Assembly: GCA_964598145.1 (NCBI GenBank)
Contig: CAZRAM010000003.1
Location: 333,025 to 397,024, forward strand
Direction of reading: 5' to 3'
Length of the DNA: 64,000 bases
Source of the DNA: an uncultured Pseudomonadales bacterium
GTDB lineage: Bacteria; Pseudomonadota; Gammaproteobacteria; Pseudomonadales; JAHEIH01
The notes beneath the pieces were generated by a model. It was not told where the DNA came from. It saw only the letters and a program-made list of their open reading frames with translations, and did not search any database. The position numbers and the translations under genes are program-made. Below are positions 49,108 through 57,140 of this stretch, in pieces (the first letter of the stretch is position 1; every line of letters starts with the position of its first letter).

Positions 49108-50757
49108 TTAGTCCTCCCATACCACGGGGTCGCTACCTAGGTGGGCGTGAATGAAGTCGCCATAGTGTTCTTCGATTTGGCGGCGCTTTAGCTTCATGGT
49201 GGGGGTTAACAGACCGTTATCGATGCGCCAATCCTCTTTGGTGATGAACATCTGCGCGACTTTTTCATAGGCGGGTAGGTGTTCGTTGATTTGTTCCAAG
49301 GCTGCGGTTAATTGCTCGGTCAATTCTGCGCGGCTCTTACCCGAGGCTAAGCCCACTTCGGAAAGATTGGTCAGCAGCATGGGCTGATCTTTGCCGTGGC
49401 CAAAAATCATCAACTGGCCAAGGATATTCACCCCACCGAACTCATTTTCCAGAACCGGCGGTTGGACAAACTTGCCTTTGGTGGTTTTAAACACTTCGCC
49501 AAGACGGCCAGTGACCCAAAGGTTGCCTTTTTCATCGATACGGCCAGAGTCGCCGGTGTGATACCAGCCATCGATCATGACTTCGGCGGTCTTTTCTGGG
49601 TTTTTGTAGTAGCCCTGCATTAGGCCGGCGCCCTTAAAGCACACTTCGCCCTCTTCGCTGATTTTGACCTCGGTGCCTTTGAATGGCTTACCGACGCAGC
49701 CGGGAACGGGTTCTTTTTCATTGAAAATACAACCGTCGATGAAGTTTTCCGTCATGCCGTAACCGTCGCGCAGGTTAATCCCCATGTTGATAAACCATTC
49801 CTGGATCTCAATTGGGGTGGGCGCGGAGCCGGTGATGACAAATTTGGCTTGTGCCAATCCCAGCATGGCGCGCACTTGGGCTTTTTGCTCATCGCCCATT
49901 TGTGCCTGCACTTCAGGCGGAACCTTGGCGTCGACACCGGCTTTGAATTTTGCCCACAGGCGCGGTACCGCAAAAAACAGTGTGGGTTGAACGCTGCGCA
50001 GTTCGTCACCAAAGGTGGCGAGTCCTTCCGAAAAAGACACCGTGGGGCTGAGATAAAAGCTGCCCATTTCCACCACGATGCGCTCCGCAGCGTGGGACAT
50101 CGGCAAGAAAGAAAAGTAGCGCTCGCGCTGGCCGGGGAGGTGGTCAATCGGCCAGGCATCAATCATGCGTGGAACCACTTTGCCGGGTGTGCCGTGCACG
50201 TGAACAACGCCTTTGGGGTTGCCGGTCGTGCCCGACGTGTAGAGGATTGTCATCATGTCCTCGTCATTCGGAATCGGTGACTCCGCGAAGGGTTCATATT
50301 CGTTGACCACATTGGCCAGCGAGTACTCACAATCAATTGTGCAGCCTAGCATGGCAATGGTGGGAATCTTTCTTTGTATCTCGCCGGCGGCGATGGCCGG
50401 CAGCTGGTCGACCACGCCTAAAAACATCAGGTCGCACTCGGCGTGATCAAGAATATAGTTGGCCGAGCTGATGTCTTGCCCGGGGTAGAGTGGCACGCTG
50501 ACATGGCCGCTAAGCATGATCGCCAAATCGACGATCACCCAATCCATTGAGTTTGCCGACCACAGGGCGATGCGGCTGCCTTTGGCGAGGTTGAAGCTGT
50601 TGATAAAGCTTGCCGTGCGCCGCACCCGATCGGCCACTTGAGCCCACGTGAATTCCTGCCACTCGAGGTTGTGCGCTTGGCGCAGGTAGATGTCGTCAGG
50701 GGTATTCTTTTCCCAGTAGTACATACATTCGAGGGGGGTGATGTCGGACAGGTGCAT
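49108..50757 (-). CDS. AMP-dependent acyl-CoA synthetase/ligase (long-chain fatty-acid-CoA ligase-like)
   Basis: 549 aa with AMP-binding motif YTSGTTGNPKGV, YGMTE, and GWYHTGD. Confidence 0.85.
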   Translation of the reverse strand: MHLSDITPLECMYYWEKNTPDDIYLRQAHNLEWQEFTWAQVADRVRRTASFINSFNLAKGSRIALWSANSMDWVIVDLAIMLSGHVSVPLYPGQDISSANYILDHAECDLMFLGVVDQLPAIAAGEIQRKIPTIAMLGCTIDCEYSLANVVNEYEPFAESPIPNDEDMMTILYTSGTTGNPKGVVHVHGTPGKVVPRMIDAWPIDHLPGQRERYFSFLPMSHAAERIVVEMGSFYLSPTVSFSEGLATFGDELRSVQPTLFFAVPRLWAKFKAGVDAKVPPEVQAQMGDEQKAQVRAMLGLAQAKFVITGSAPTPIEIQEWFINMGINLRDGYGMTENFIDGCIFNEKEPVPGCVGKPFKGTEVKISEEGEVCFKGAGLMQGYYKNPEKTAEVMIDGWYHTGDSGRIDEKGNLWVTGRLGEVFKTTKGKFVQPPVLENEFGGVNILGQLMIFGHGKDQPMLLTNLSEVGLASGKSRAELTEQLTAALEQINEHLPAYEKVAQMFITKEDWRIDNGLLTPTMKLKRRQIEEHYGDFIHAHLGSDPVVWED

Positions 50758-50914
50758 GCTGGGCTCCTATAACGCCTATTTTGTTTATTTTTATAAACAC
50801 TATGCTAGCTCCACTATAACAGCTAGGTTTGATGTCGCCATGGCGAAGTCACGATATTGCTTCTATTTTATTGTCAGCGCACACTGCAAGGCAGTGGTAT
50901 AAGGAGAGACCCCC

Positions 50915-52744
50915 ATGAAAGCATTTTTATCCTTTATTTTTATTCCCTTTTTGTTAGTCGCTTGCAGCAACGATGCCTCGCTACCCAAGCAAGACATTAG
51001 CAAAACCGAGTCTGAGCGTTTAAACGTATGGTTTGATGCCCGCTACGAAGAAGAGCTGCAGATGTCGCCCATGATGTTGACCAGCTTGGGCCGGAAAGAC
51101 CAGTACGACCAAATCGATGACATGAGCGAAGCCGCTGACGACAAGCAATTCGCTTGGTTGGAAGGCACCGTCAAAGATCTGCAGGCCAATTTTGATTACC
51201 AGCTGCTGAACGACGATGCCAAGGTGTCGTATGACATCTGGATCTATCAATACAATTTAGCCAAGGCGGCTCAGCCCTTCCGCCGCCACGGCTACGTGTT
51301 TACTCAAATGCAGGGTGCGCATGCCTTCTTACCCAATTTCTTGATCAACTTCCACCGCGTCGACAACATCGACGACATGAACGCCTACATCGCTCGCTTG
51401 GGTGGCGTTTCGCGTGCGCTGGGGCAGTTGTTGGCACGTGCACAGTTGGCGGCAGAAGAAGGTATTCGCCCCCCTCGCTTTGCCTACGAGGGTGTCATTG
51501 ATCAGGCTAAAAAATTGCTCACCGGTGCACCTTTTAGCGCCAGTGAGAGCGATGCCCCCCTGTGGTCTGACGCCAAGGGAAAAATTGATGCACTCGTGCA
51601 AAAAGGCGATATTACCACCGAACAAGCAGGCGAGTTGCAATCGGCGGCAGAAAAGGCGCTGCTGGAGCAGTTCCAGCCTGCCTACAACAACTTGATCGCG
51701 TGGATGGAAGCAGATCTGCCGAATACCGATGCCGACGCCCGCGGTGCCAGTGCACTGCCCAACGGCGAGGCGTTTTATAACTACCAACTGCGTGACAACA
51801 CCACGCTTAGTTTGACCGCCGATGAAATTCACAACATTGGTTTGGCCGAAGTCGCTCGCCTTCGCGGCGAGATGGAAGCCATTAAAGACAGCGTGGGTTT
51901 TGAAGGCGACTTGCAAGCCTTCTTTGAATTCATTCGCACCGACGAGCAGTTCTTCTATCCCAACGATGACAGCGGTCGCCAGGCCTACATCGATGATTCG
52001 ACCGCCTTTTTTGATTTCATGAAGAGTGAACTACCCAACTACTTTGGCATTTTGCCCAAGGCTGACTTGGTGGTGAAGCGTGTTGAGGCGTTCCGCGAGC
52101 AAGACGGCGCAGCACAGCACTACTACCCCGGTACACCCGATGGCTCGCGCCCTGGTGTTTACTACGCGCACTTGTCGGACATGAATTCGATGCCCAAGAA
52201 CGAGATGGAGGCGATTGCCTACCACGAGGGTCTGCCCGGTCACCACATGCAAATCTCGATTGCTCAAGAGTTGGAGAGTGTGCCCCAGTTTAGAACCCAA
52301 GCGGGTTTTACCTCCTACATCGAGGGTTGGGCCCTGTACTCAGAGCTGTTGTCAAAAGAAATGGGTGCTTATAACAATCCGTACTCAGACTTTGGTCGTT
52401 TAATTACCGAAATGTGGCGTGCGATTCGCTTGGTAGTGGATACTGGTCTACACTCCAAGGGCTGGAGCGAAATGCAGGCGCGCCAATATTTTTACGATAA
52501 TTCGCCGATTGCCGAAGGACAGGTAATCTCCGAAGTGCGCCGCTACCTGGTTTGGCCAGGTCAAGCAACAGCCTATAAGATGGGCATGTTGAAGATCATG
52601 GAGTTGCGCGCTAAGGCCAAGGACGTGTTGGGCGATAAGTTCGACATTCGCGGTTTCCACGATGCCGTACTCGGCGGAGGGGCTGTTCCCCTGCCGGTAT
52701 TGGAGCGCGTGATCAATGACTGGATCGACAGCCAAAAGGTTTAG
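50915..52744 (+). CDS. DUF885 family lipoprotein (metallopeptidase-like)
   Basis: 609 aa with lipoprotein signal FIPFLLVAC and a late YHEGLPGHHMQ motif, characteristic of DUF885 as I recall it. Confidence 0.7.
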   Translation: MKAFLSFIFIPFLLVACSNDASLPKQDISKTESERLNVWFDARYEEELQMSPMMLTSLGRKDQYDQIDDMSEAADDKQFAWLEGTVKDLQANFDYQLLNDDAKVSYDIWIYQYNLAKAAQPFRRHGYVFTQMQGAHAFLPNFLINFHRVDNIDDMNAYIARLGGVSRALGQLLARAQLAAEEGIRPPRFAYEGVIDQAKKLLTGAPFSASESDAPLWSDAKGKIDALVQKGDITTEQAGELQSAAEKALLEQFQPAYNNLIAWMEADLPNTDADARGASALPNGEAFYNYQLRDNTTLSLTADEIHNIGLAEVARLRGEMEAIKDSVGFEGDLQAFFEFIRTDEQFFYPNDDSGRQAYIDDSTAFFDFMKSELPNYFGILPKADLVVKRVEAFREQDGAAQHYYPGTPDGSRPGVYYAHLSDMNSMPKNEMEAIAYHEGLPGHHMQISIAQELESVPQFRTQAGFTSYIEGWALYSELLSKEMGAYNNPYSDFGRLITEMWRAIRLVVDTGLHSKGWSEMQARQYFYDNSPIAEGQVISEVRRYLVWPGQATAYKMGMLKIMELRAKAKDVLGDKFDIRGFHDAVLGGGAVPLPVLERVINDWIDSQKV

Positions 52745-52768
52745 TCAATCACAGGAATACGCACATAG

Positions 52769-54898
52769 ATGAAGCCAAATGAAGTAGATCCACTGGTACA
52801 GTGTCTACTCGCCATGGCGCGCTTTCACGACGTTACCGCTTCAGCCGAGGCGGTAACCTCGGGATTGCCCTTGGTCGACGGCAAGCTGACACCTTCTCTG
52901 TTCAGCCGCGCCGCAGCAAGACTCAACATGACCAGCAAGCTTGTCGCCAAGGACTTGGCGCAACTGCAAGCGGCACATTTTCTCCCCATTATTCTGCTTA
53001 ACGATGACGATTCGGCGTGCGTGTTAACCGGCTGGAGCGAAGACGGCCGCAGTGCAAAAGTGCTGCTGCCTGAACTGAATACCGCCGCGGTGGATATTCC
53101 TCTCGAACAACTGAAAAGCCGCTACACCGGTACCGCCATCATGACCCGCCCGGTGTTCCAGTTTGATCACTCCATGAGCAAGCGTCGCACCGAGGAAGAG
53201 GGACACTGGTTCTGGAGTGCGATTAAGGCCAACCGCGTGGTGTACCGCGATGTACTACTGGCCGCCTTCTTCGTCAATATTTTTGCCCTCGCCCTGCCAC
53301 TGTTTACCATGAACGTGTACGACAGGGTGGTGCCCAACCACGCCATGGAAACGCTGTGGATGTTGGCCTCGGGTGTGGTGCTGATTATGTTGGCCGATGT
53401 GGCGCTGCGCACCGTGCGGGCCTACTTCCTCGATCTCGCCGGGCGCCGTGTCGACATTAGTCTTTCCGCCAAAATCATGGAGCGGGTGCTGGGGCTGAAA
53501 CTGGAAGCACGGCCGAATTCGGTGGGGTCGTTTGCGTCGAATTTGCGCTCGTTTGAATCGGTGCGCGACTTCATTACCTCGGCCTCGGTCACCACTTTGA
53601 TCGATTTACCGTTCTCTATTTTGTTTATCGCGGTGATCGCCTGGATCGCGTGGCCGATTGTTATTCCGGTGCTGATCGCGGTGTTAATTGTGCTTGGCTA
53701 TGCTTTAGCTACACAGGCGCGTTTGAAAACCCTGTCGGAAACCATGTACGTGGCCGGCGCCATGCGTAACTCGACGCTGATCGAATCCTTGGTGGGTTTA
53801 GAAACCCTCAAGGCGATGGGCGCCGAAGGCAACATGCAGCGCAAGTGGGAAAAGACCACTAGCTTCCTCGCTCGCATCGGCGTGCAGCTGCGCTTGCTGT
53901 CGAACGCCAGTATTTCAGTCACCCAGTGGACCCAGCAGATGTGTTCCATCGCTGTGATCATTACCGGTGTCTACCTGATTACTCAAGGGGAGTTGAGCAT
54001 GGGTGGCTTGATCGCCACCAACATGCTGGCTAGCCGAGTGATGATGCCTTTTTCACAAGCTGCGGGATTGATCTTGCAGTATCACACTGCGCGCACCTCG
54101 CTCGATTCGCTCGACGAAGTGATGGCCAAACCCGTCGAGCGCGAAGAGGGCCGCCAGTTCCTGTCGCGCAACCACATCGACGGCAACTTGGTGTTCAACA
54201 ATGTCAGTTTTGCCTATCCCGGCAGCGATATCGGCGCACTGCGCAACATTAACTTTAGCGTTAAAGCCGGTGAAACGGTGGTGGTACTTGGCCGAGTTGG
54301 CAGTGGTAAATCGACCCTGTTGAAGTTGGCGATGGGGCTTTATTCACCCAGCGAAGGCGCCATTACCATCGACGGAATCGACATCCGCCAGCTCGACCCC
54401 GCCGACCTGCGGTTGGGGGTGGGGTACGTGCCGCAAGACGTGGTGTTGTTCCGCGGCACCTTGCGCGAAAACATCATGTTGGCGCAGCGCCACGTGAGCG
54501 ACGCTGAGATCATGCGCGCCGCTGAAATGGCTGGCTTGGATGAGTTTATTAAGCGCCACCCCAAAGGCTTGGATATGGATGTGGGCGAGCGCGGCGAATC
54601 GCTATCGGGCGGCCAGCGCAAGGGTGTGGCTCTGGCACGCGCCATGGTGCACAGCCCCTCGGTGATGTTTATGGATGAACCCACCGGCTCGATGGATCAC
54701 TCCACCGAAGCATCGGTGGTGAAACAGTTGAAGAAATACTCGGTGGGCAAAACCCTGTTTTTGATTACCCACCGCACGTCGCTGTTGGATTTGGCCGATC
54801 GCATTGTGGTGATCGATAACGGACAAGTGGTCGCGAACGGTCCCCGCGACAACGTGGTGGAAGCGCTGCGTCAGGGCAAAATTGGGAAGGCGAGCTAA
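52769..54898 (+). CDS. Type I secretion system permease/ATPase with N-terminal C39-like (non-catalytic) domain
   Basis: 709 aa with an N-terminal roughly 130-aa peptidase-C39-like fold and a six-helix TMD. Walker A GRVGSGKST, signature LSGGQRK, Walker B VMFMDEPT. Confidence 0.9.
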   Translation: MKPNEVDPLVQCLLAMARFHDVTASAEAVTSGLPLVDGKLTPSLFSRAAARLNMTSKLVAKDLAQLQAAHFLPIILLNDDDSACVLTGWSEDGRSAKVLLPELNTAAVDIPLEQLKSRYTGTAIMTRPVFQFDHSMSKRRTEEEGHWFWSAIKANRVVYRDVLLAAFFVNIFALALPLFTMNVYDRVVPNHAMETLWMLASGVVLIMLADVALRTVRAYFLDLAGRRVDISLSAKIMERVLGLKLEARPNSVGSFASNLRSFESVRDFITSASVTTLIDLPFSILFIAVIAWIAWPIVIPVLIAVLIVLGYALATQARLKTLSETMYVAGAMRNSTLIESLVGLETLKAMGAEGNMQRKWEKTTSFLARIGVQLRLLSNASISVTQWTQQMCSIAVIITGVYLITQGELSMGGLIATNMLASRVMMPFSQAAGLILQYHTARTSLDSLDEVMAKPVEREEGRQFLSRNHIDGNLVFNNVSFAYPGSDIGALRNINFSVKAGETVVVLGRVGSGKSTLLKLAMGLYSPSEGAITIDGIDIRQLDPADLRLGVGYVPQDVVLFRGTLRENIMLAQRHVSDAEIMRAAEMAGLDEFIKRHPKGLDMDVGERGESLSGGQRKGVALARAMVHSPSVMFMDEPTGSMDHSTEASVVKQLKKYSVGKTLFLITHRTSLLDLADRIVVIDNGQVVANGPRDNVVEALRQGKIGKAS

Positions 54899-56352
54899 TG
54901 TCAGATCAGCAAGAACCAGCATTGCCGCCAGAATTGCAGCAACCCCCCGAGCCCAAAAAAGACTTTTTGGACCGCGCCAGCGACAACTTTCTTGTGCGCC
55001 TGTTCGACCGCTTCATCTTTGCCGTGTTTGGCAAATGGCTGAAGGATGTCTCCGCTGAAGAGCAACACTGGAACGCCGACGTTAACCGCGCATTTGTCGA
55101 GCAGCAACCGCTGCGCGTGCACAGCCTGCTGTACACCATCGGTGTGGTGGTGCTGTTTTTGGTGCTGTGGGCCTCGTGGGCCGAGATCGACGAAGTCACT
55201 CGCGGCGAAGCGCGTGTGATTCCCTCGCAGCAGGTGCAAATTATTCAGTCGCAAGACGGCGGGGTGGTGAAGGAAATTCTTATCCGCGAGGGCGATATTG
55301 TCGAGCAGGGGCAGTTGTTAATTAGCCTGGATCAGACACGATCAGAGTCGATGTTGCGCGAAAGCCGGGCCGAACTGCTGGGATTGCGCGCCAAAGTAGA
55401 GCGTTTAAGCTCGGTGGTAAACGATCAAGCTTTCGAGCCCAGCGCGGAGCTGCAAGAGCTGATTCCCACTATTTTGGAGCAGGAAAAACGCCTCTACGGC
55501 GATAACCTGCAGCGCTTGAACGCGATCCGCAATATCGCCGACGAGCAGTTGATTCAGCGCCAGCAAGAATTGTCCGAGTTAGAGGCACGCCGCACCCAAT
55601 TGAGCAAGGCCTTGGAGTTGAGCACCCGCGAGTTGAATGTGACCCGTCCCTTGGTGAGTTCTGGTGCGGTGTCAGAGGTGGAGCTACTGCGACTGGAGCG
55701 CGACACTACCAATATCAGCGGTGAGCTTGAGCAGACCAAGGCTCAGATCGAGAAGTCTAAATCGTCAATTACCGAGGCGCGCAATAGTAAGCAAGAAGTT
55801 GAACTGGCTTTCTTCAACGAGATGCGCGAAGAGCTGTCGGCCACTATCGCCCGCGTTAACGCATTGGAAGAAAGCAGCACCGGTCTGACCGACCGCGTGA
55901 ACCAAACGCTAGTGAAATCCCCGGTTAAGGGCACCATCAAGCGCCTGTATTTCAACACCGTTGGGGGTGTCGTGTTGCCTGGTCGCGAGATCGTCGAGAT
56001 CGTACCGCTCGACGACACGCTGTTGCTAGAAGCCAAGATTCAGCCGCGCGATATCGCCTTCCTGCGCCCCGGCCAAGAGGCCATGGTGAAATTTACCGCC
56101 TACGATTTTGTGGTTTATGGCGGCCTTAAGGGCAGCGTTGAGCGCATTGGTGCCGATACGATCATAGACGAAGAAGGAAATGCCTACTATAACGTAAGGG
56201 TGAGAACGACCGAGTCGTTCAACAATGACGATATGCCGATTATTCCCGGCATGGTGGCCGAGGTCGATATCCTCACCGGCAAGAAAACGATCATGGCCTA
56301 TTTGATGAAACCCGTATTACGCGCCAAGCAGTACGCCTTAACGGAACGATAG
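54898..56352 (+). CDS. HlyD-family type I secretion periplasmic adaptor
   Basis: 484 aa; its start overlaps the ABC gene stop (TAATG). One TM helix, a long coiled coil, a lipoyl/beta-barrel segment (VKSPVKGTIKRLYFNTVGGVV), and a C-terminal MAYLMKPVL. Confidence 0.9.
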   Translation: MSDQQEPALPPELQQPPEPKKDFLDRASDNFLVRLFDRFIFAVFGKWLKDVSAEEQHWNADVNRAFVEQQPLRVHSLLYTIGVVVLFLVLWASWAEIDEVTRGEARVIPSQQVQIIQSQDGGVVKEILIREGDIVEQGQLLISLDQTRSESMLRESRAELLGLRAKVERLSSVVNDQAFEPSAELQELIPTILEQEKRLYGDNLQRLNAIRNIADEQLIQRQQELSELEARRTQLSKALELSTRELNVTRPLVSSGAVSEVELLRLERDTTNISGELEQTKAQIEKSKSSITEARNSKQEVELAFFNEMREELSATIARVNALEESSTGLTDRVNQTLVKSPVKGTIKRLYFNTVGGVVLPGREIVEIVPLDDTLLLEAKIQPRDIAFLRPGQEAMVKFTAYDFVVYGGLKGSVERIGADTIIDEEGNAYYNVRVRTTESFNNDDMPIIPGMVAEVDILTGKKTIMAYLMKPVLRAKQYALTER

Positions 56353-56976
56353 ATGAAGCACATTTTTGTGGGTTACGGGGGTCGCCTGCGCCCTCGTTGG
56401 CAGGAAGCCTTTTCCGACGCCCAGGGATTGTCATCGCTGTTTGAATTGACCCCCGCTCGCGAGGGCGAAAAGCGTATGCTGTGGTTCGATATTTCCAACA
56501 CCTCGGCGCAAGAGCGTATGGCCTTGGTGAATCAATGCATTGCCTCCGGCTCGCCGGTGATCGTGATGTCTTCCCTGCCCAACGACGACGAAGCCTACGA
56601 GATGCTGCGCAACGGCGCTTACGGTTACTGCCACAACGTGGCGGCGCCGAGCCAGTTGGTGGAAATTGCCCAGGTAGTCGAGCACGGTGGCCTTTGGGTG
56701 GGCGCGGCGGTAATGCGTCGCTTGGTGACTATCGCCAACCGCGTGTCAGATCACAAGCCCAAAAACGGCACCATCCGCGGTTTGGATGAACTGACCCACA
56801 AAGAACTCGATGTGGCAAAGCAAGTTGCCGTTGGCGCCACCAACAAAGAAATTGCCGAGCAATTGCATATGTCAGAACGCACCGTGAAAGCCCATCTTTC
56901 CTCGGTGTTCGACAAAATGGCGGTGCGCGATCGCGTGCAACTCGCCCTCACCATGAACAACGTCAAACTGCACTAA
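56353..56976 (+). CDS. LuxR-family regulator with atypical (pseudo-)receiver domain
   Basis: 207 aa; its ATG directly follows the adaptor stop (TAGATG). The C-terminal GerE HTH is LTHKELDVAKQVAVGATNKEIAEQLHMSERTVKAHLSSVFDKMAVRDRVQLA. The N-terminal REC-like fold keeps D46 (LWFDIS). It lacks the beta1 acidic pair (IFVGYGGR) and has H in place of the beta5 Lys (GAYGYCHN). Confidence 0.8.
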   Translation: MKHIFVGYGGRLRPRWQEAFSDAQGLSSLFELTPAREGEKRMLWFDISNTSAQERMALVNQCIASGSPVIVMSSLPNDDEAYEMLRNGAYGYCHNVAAPSQLVEIAQVVEHGGLWVGAAVMRRLVTIANRVSDHKPKNGTIRGLDELTHKELDVAKQVAVGATNKEIAEQLHMSERTVKAHLSSVFDKMAVRDRVQLALTMNNVKLH

Positions 56977-57022
56977 ATAACCAAAATTCGCCTAAAAAGC
57001 GCCATTTTTTCATTTTGGTTAT
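56977..57022. promoter_or_regulatory. Perfect 11-bp inverted repeat ATAACCAAAAT-N24-ATTTTGGTTAT between the regulator and adhesin genes
   Basis: Arms lie at 56977-56987 and 57012-57022, starting 1 nt after the regulator stop codon. It could be a stem-loop terminator (AT-rich stem with a T-run inside the loop) or a protein operator. Confidence 0.45.
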
Positions 57023-57140
57023 ATAGATGCTATTTCTAAATGCTTAACTGTTCTTAAACACGCCCAATAGTCCAATGTCGTGGACATGACCTTTTCCTAC
57101 TATTACTGCTAAGAAAATCTTTAGACGAAGGAATCACGTC

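Noticed and set aside
52769-53200. An active C39 bacteriocin-processing peptidase domain on the ABC exporter, implying a double-glycine leader peptide substrate.
   Set aside because: I aligned by eye to the HlyB-type C39-like domain (tentative, from memory). The catalytic-Cys position is then a Pro (DPLVQCLLAMARFH; the nearby Cys is offset). No small leader-peptide gene is present, and the adjacent RTX adhesin with a C-terminal signal is the obvious substrate.
42604-56352. A functional link between the TPR-sulfotransferase and the type I secretion system, by analogy to RaxST-RaxA/B.
   Set aside because: They are separated by about 8.7 kb of unrelated genes (TBDR, serA, an FAH-family protein, an acyl-CoA ligase, DUF885), with strong terminators in between. 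The T1SS has its own cognate substrate.
1121-56966. Many 60-216-aa ORFs antisense to, or out of frame within, well-supported genes. Examples: 8780..9427 (+), 12936..13586 (-), 25555..26145 (-), 33052..33603 (+), 47339..47896 (+), 51329..51916 (-).
   Set aside because: They lie fully inside genes with strong family motifs. They have Arg/Ala/Gly/Pro-rich low-complexity translations typical of shadow frames in GC-rich DNA, and lack start contexts.
56353-56976. VpsT-like c-di-GMP binding by the embedded LuxR regulator.
   Set aside because: The W[F/L/M][T/S]R motif is absent; the equivalent region reads LWVGAAVMRR. It is kept only as an analogy of architecture.
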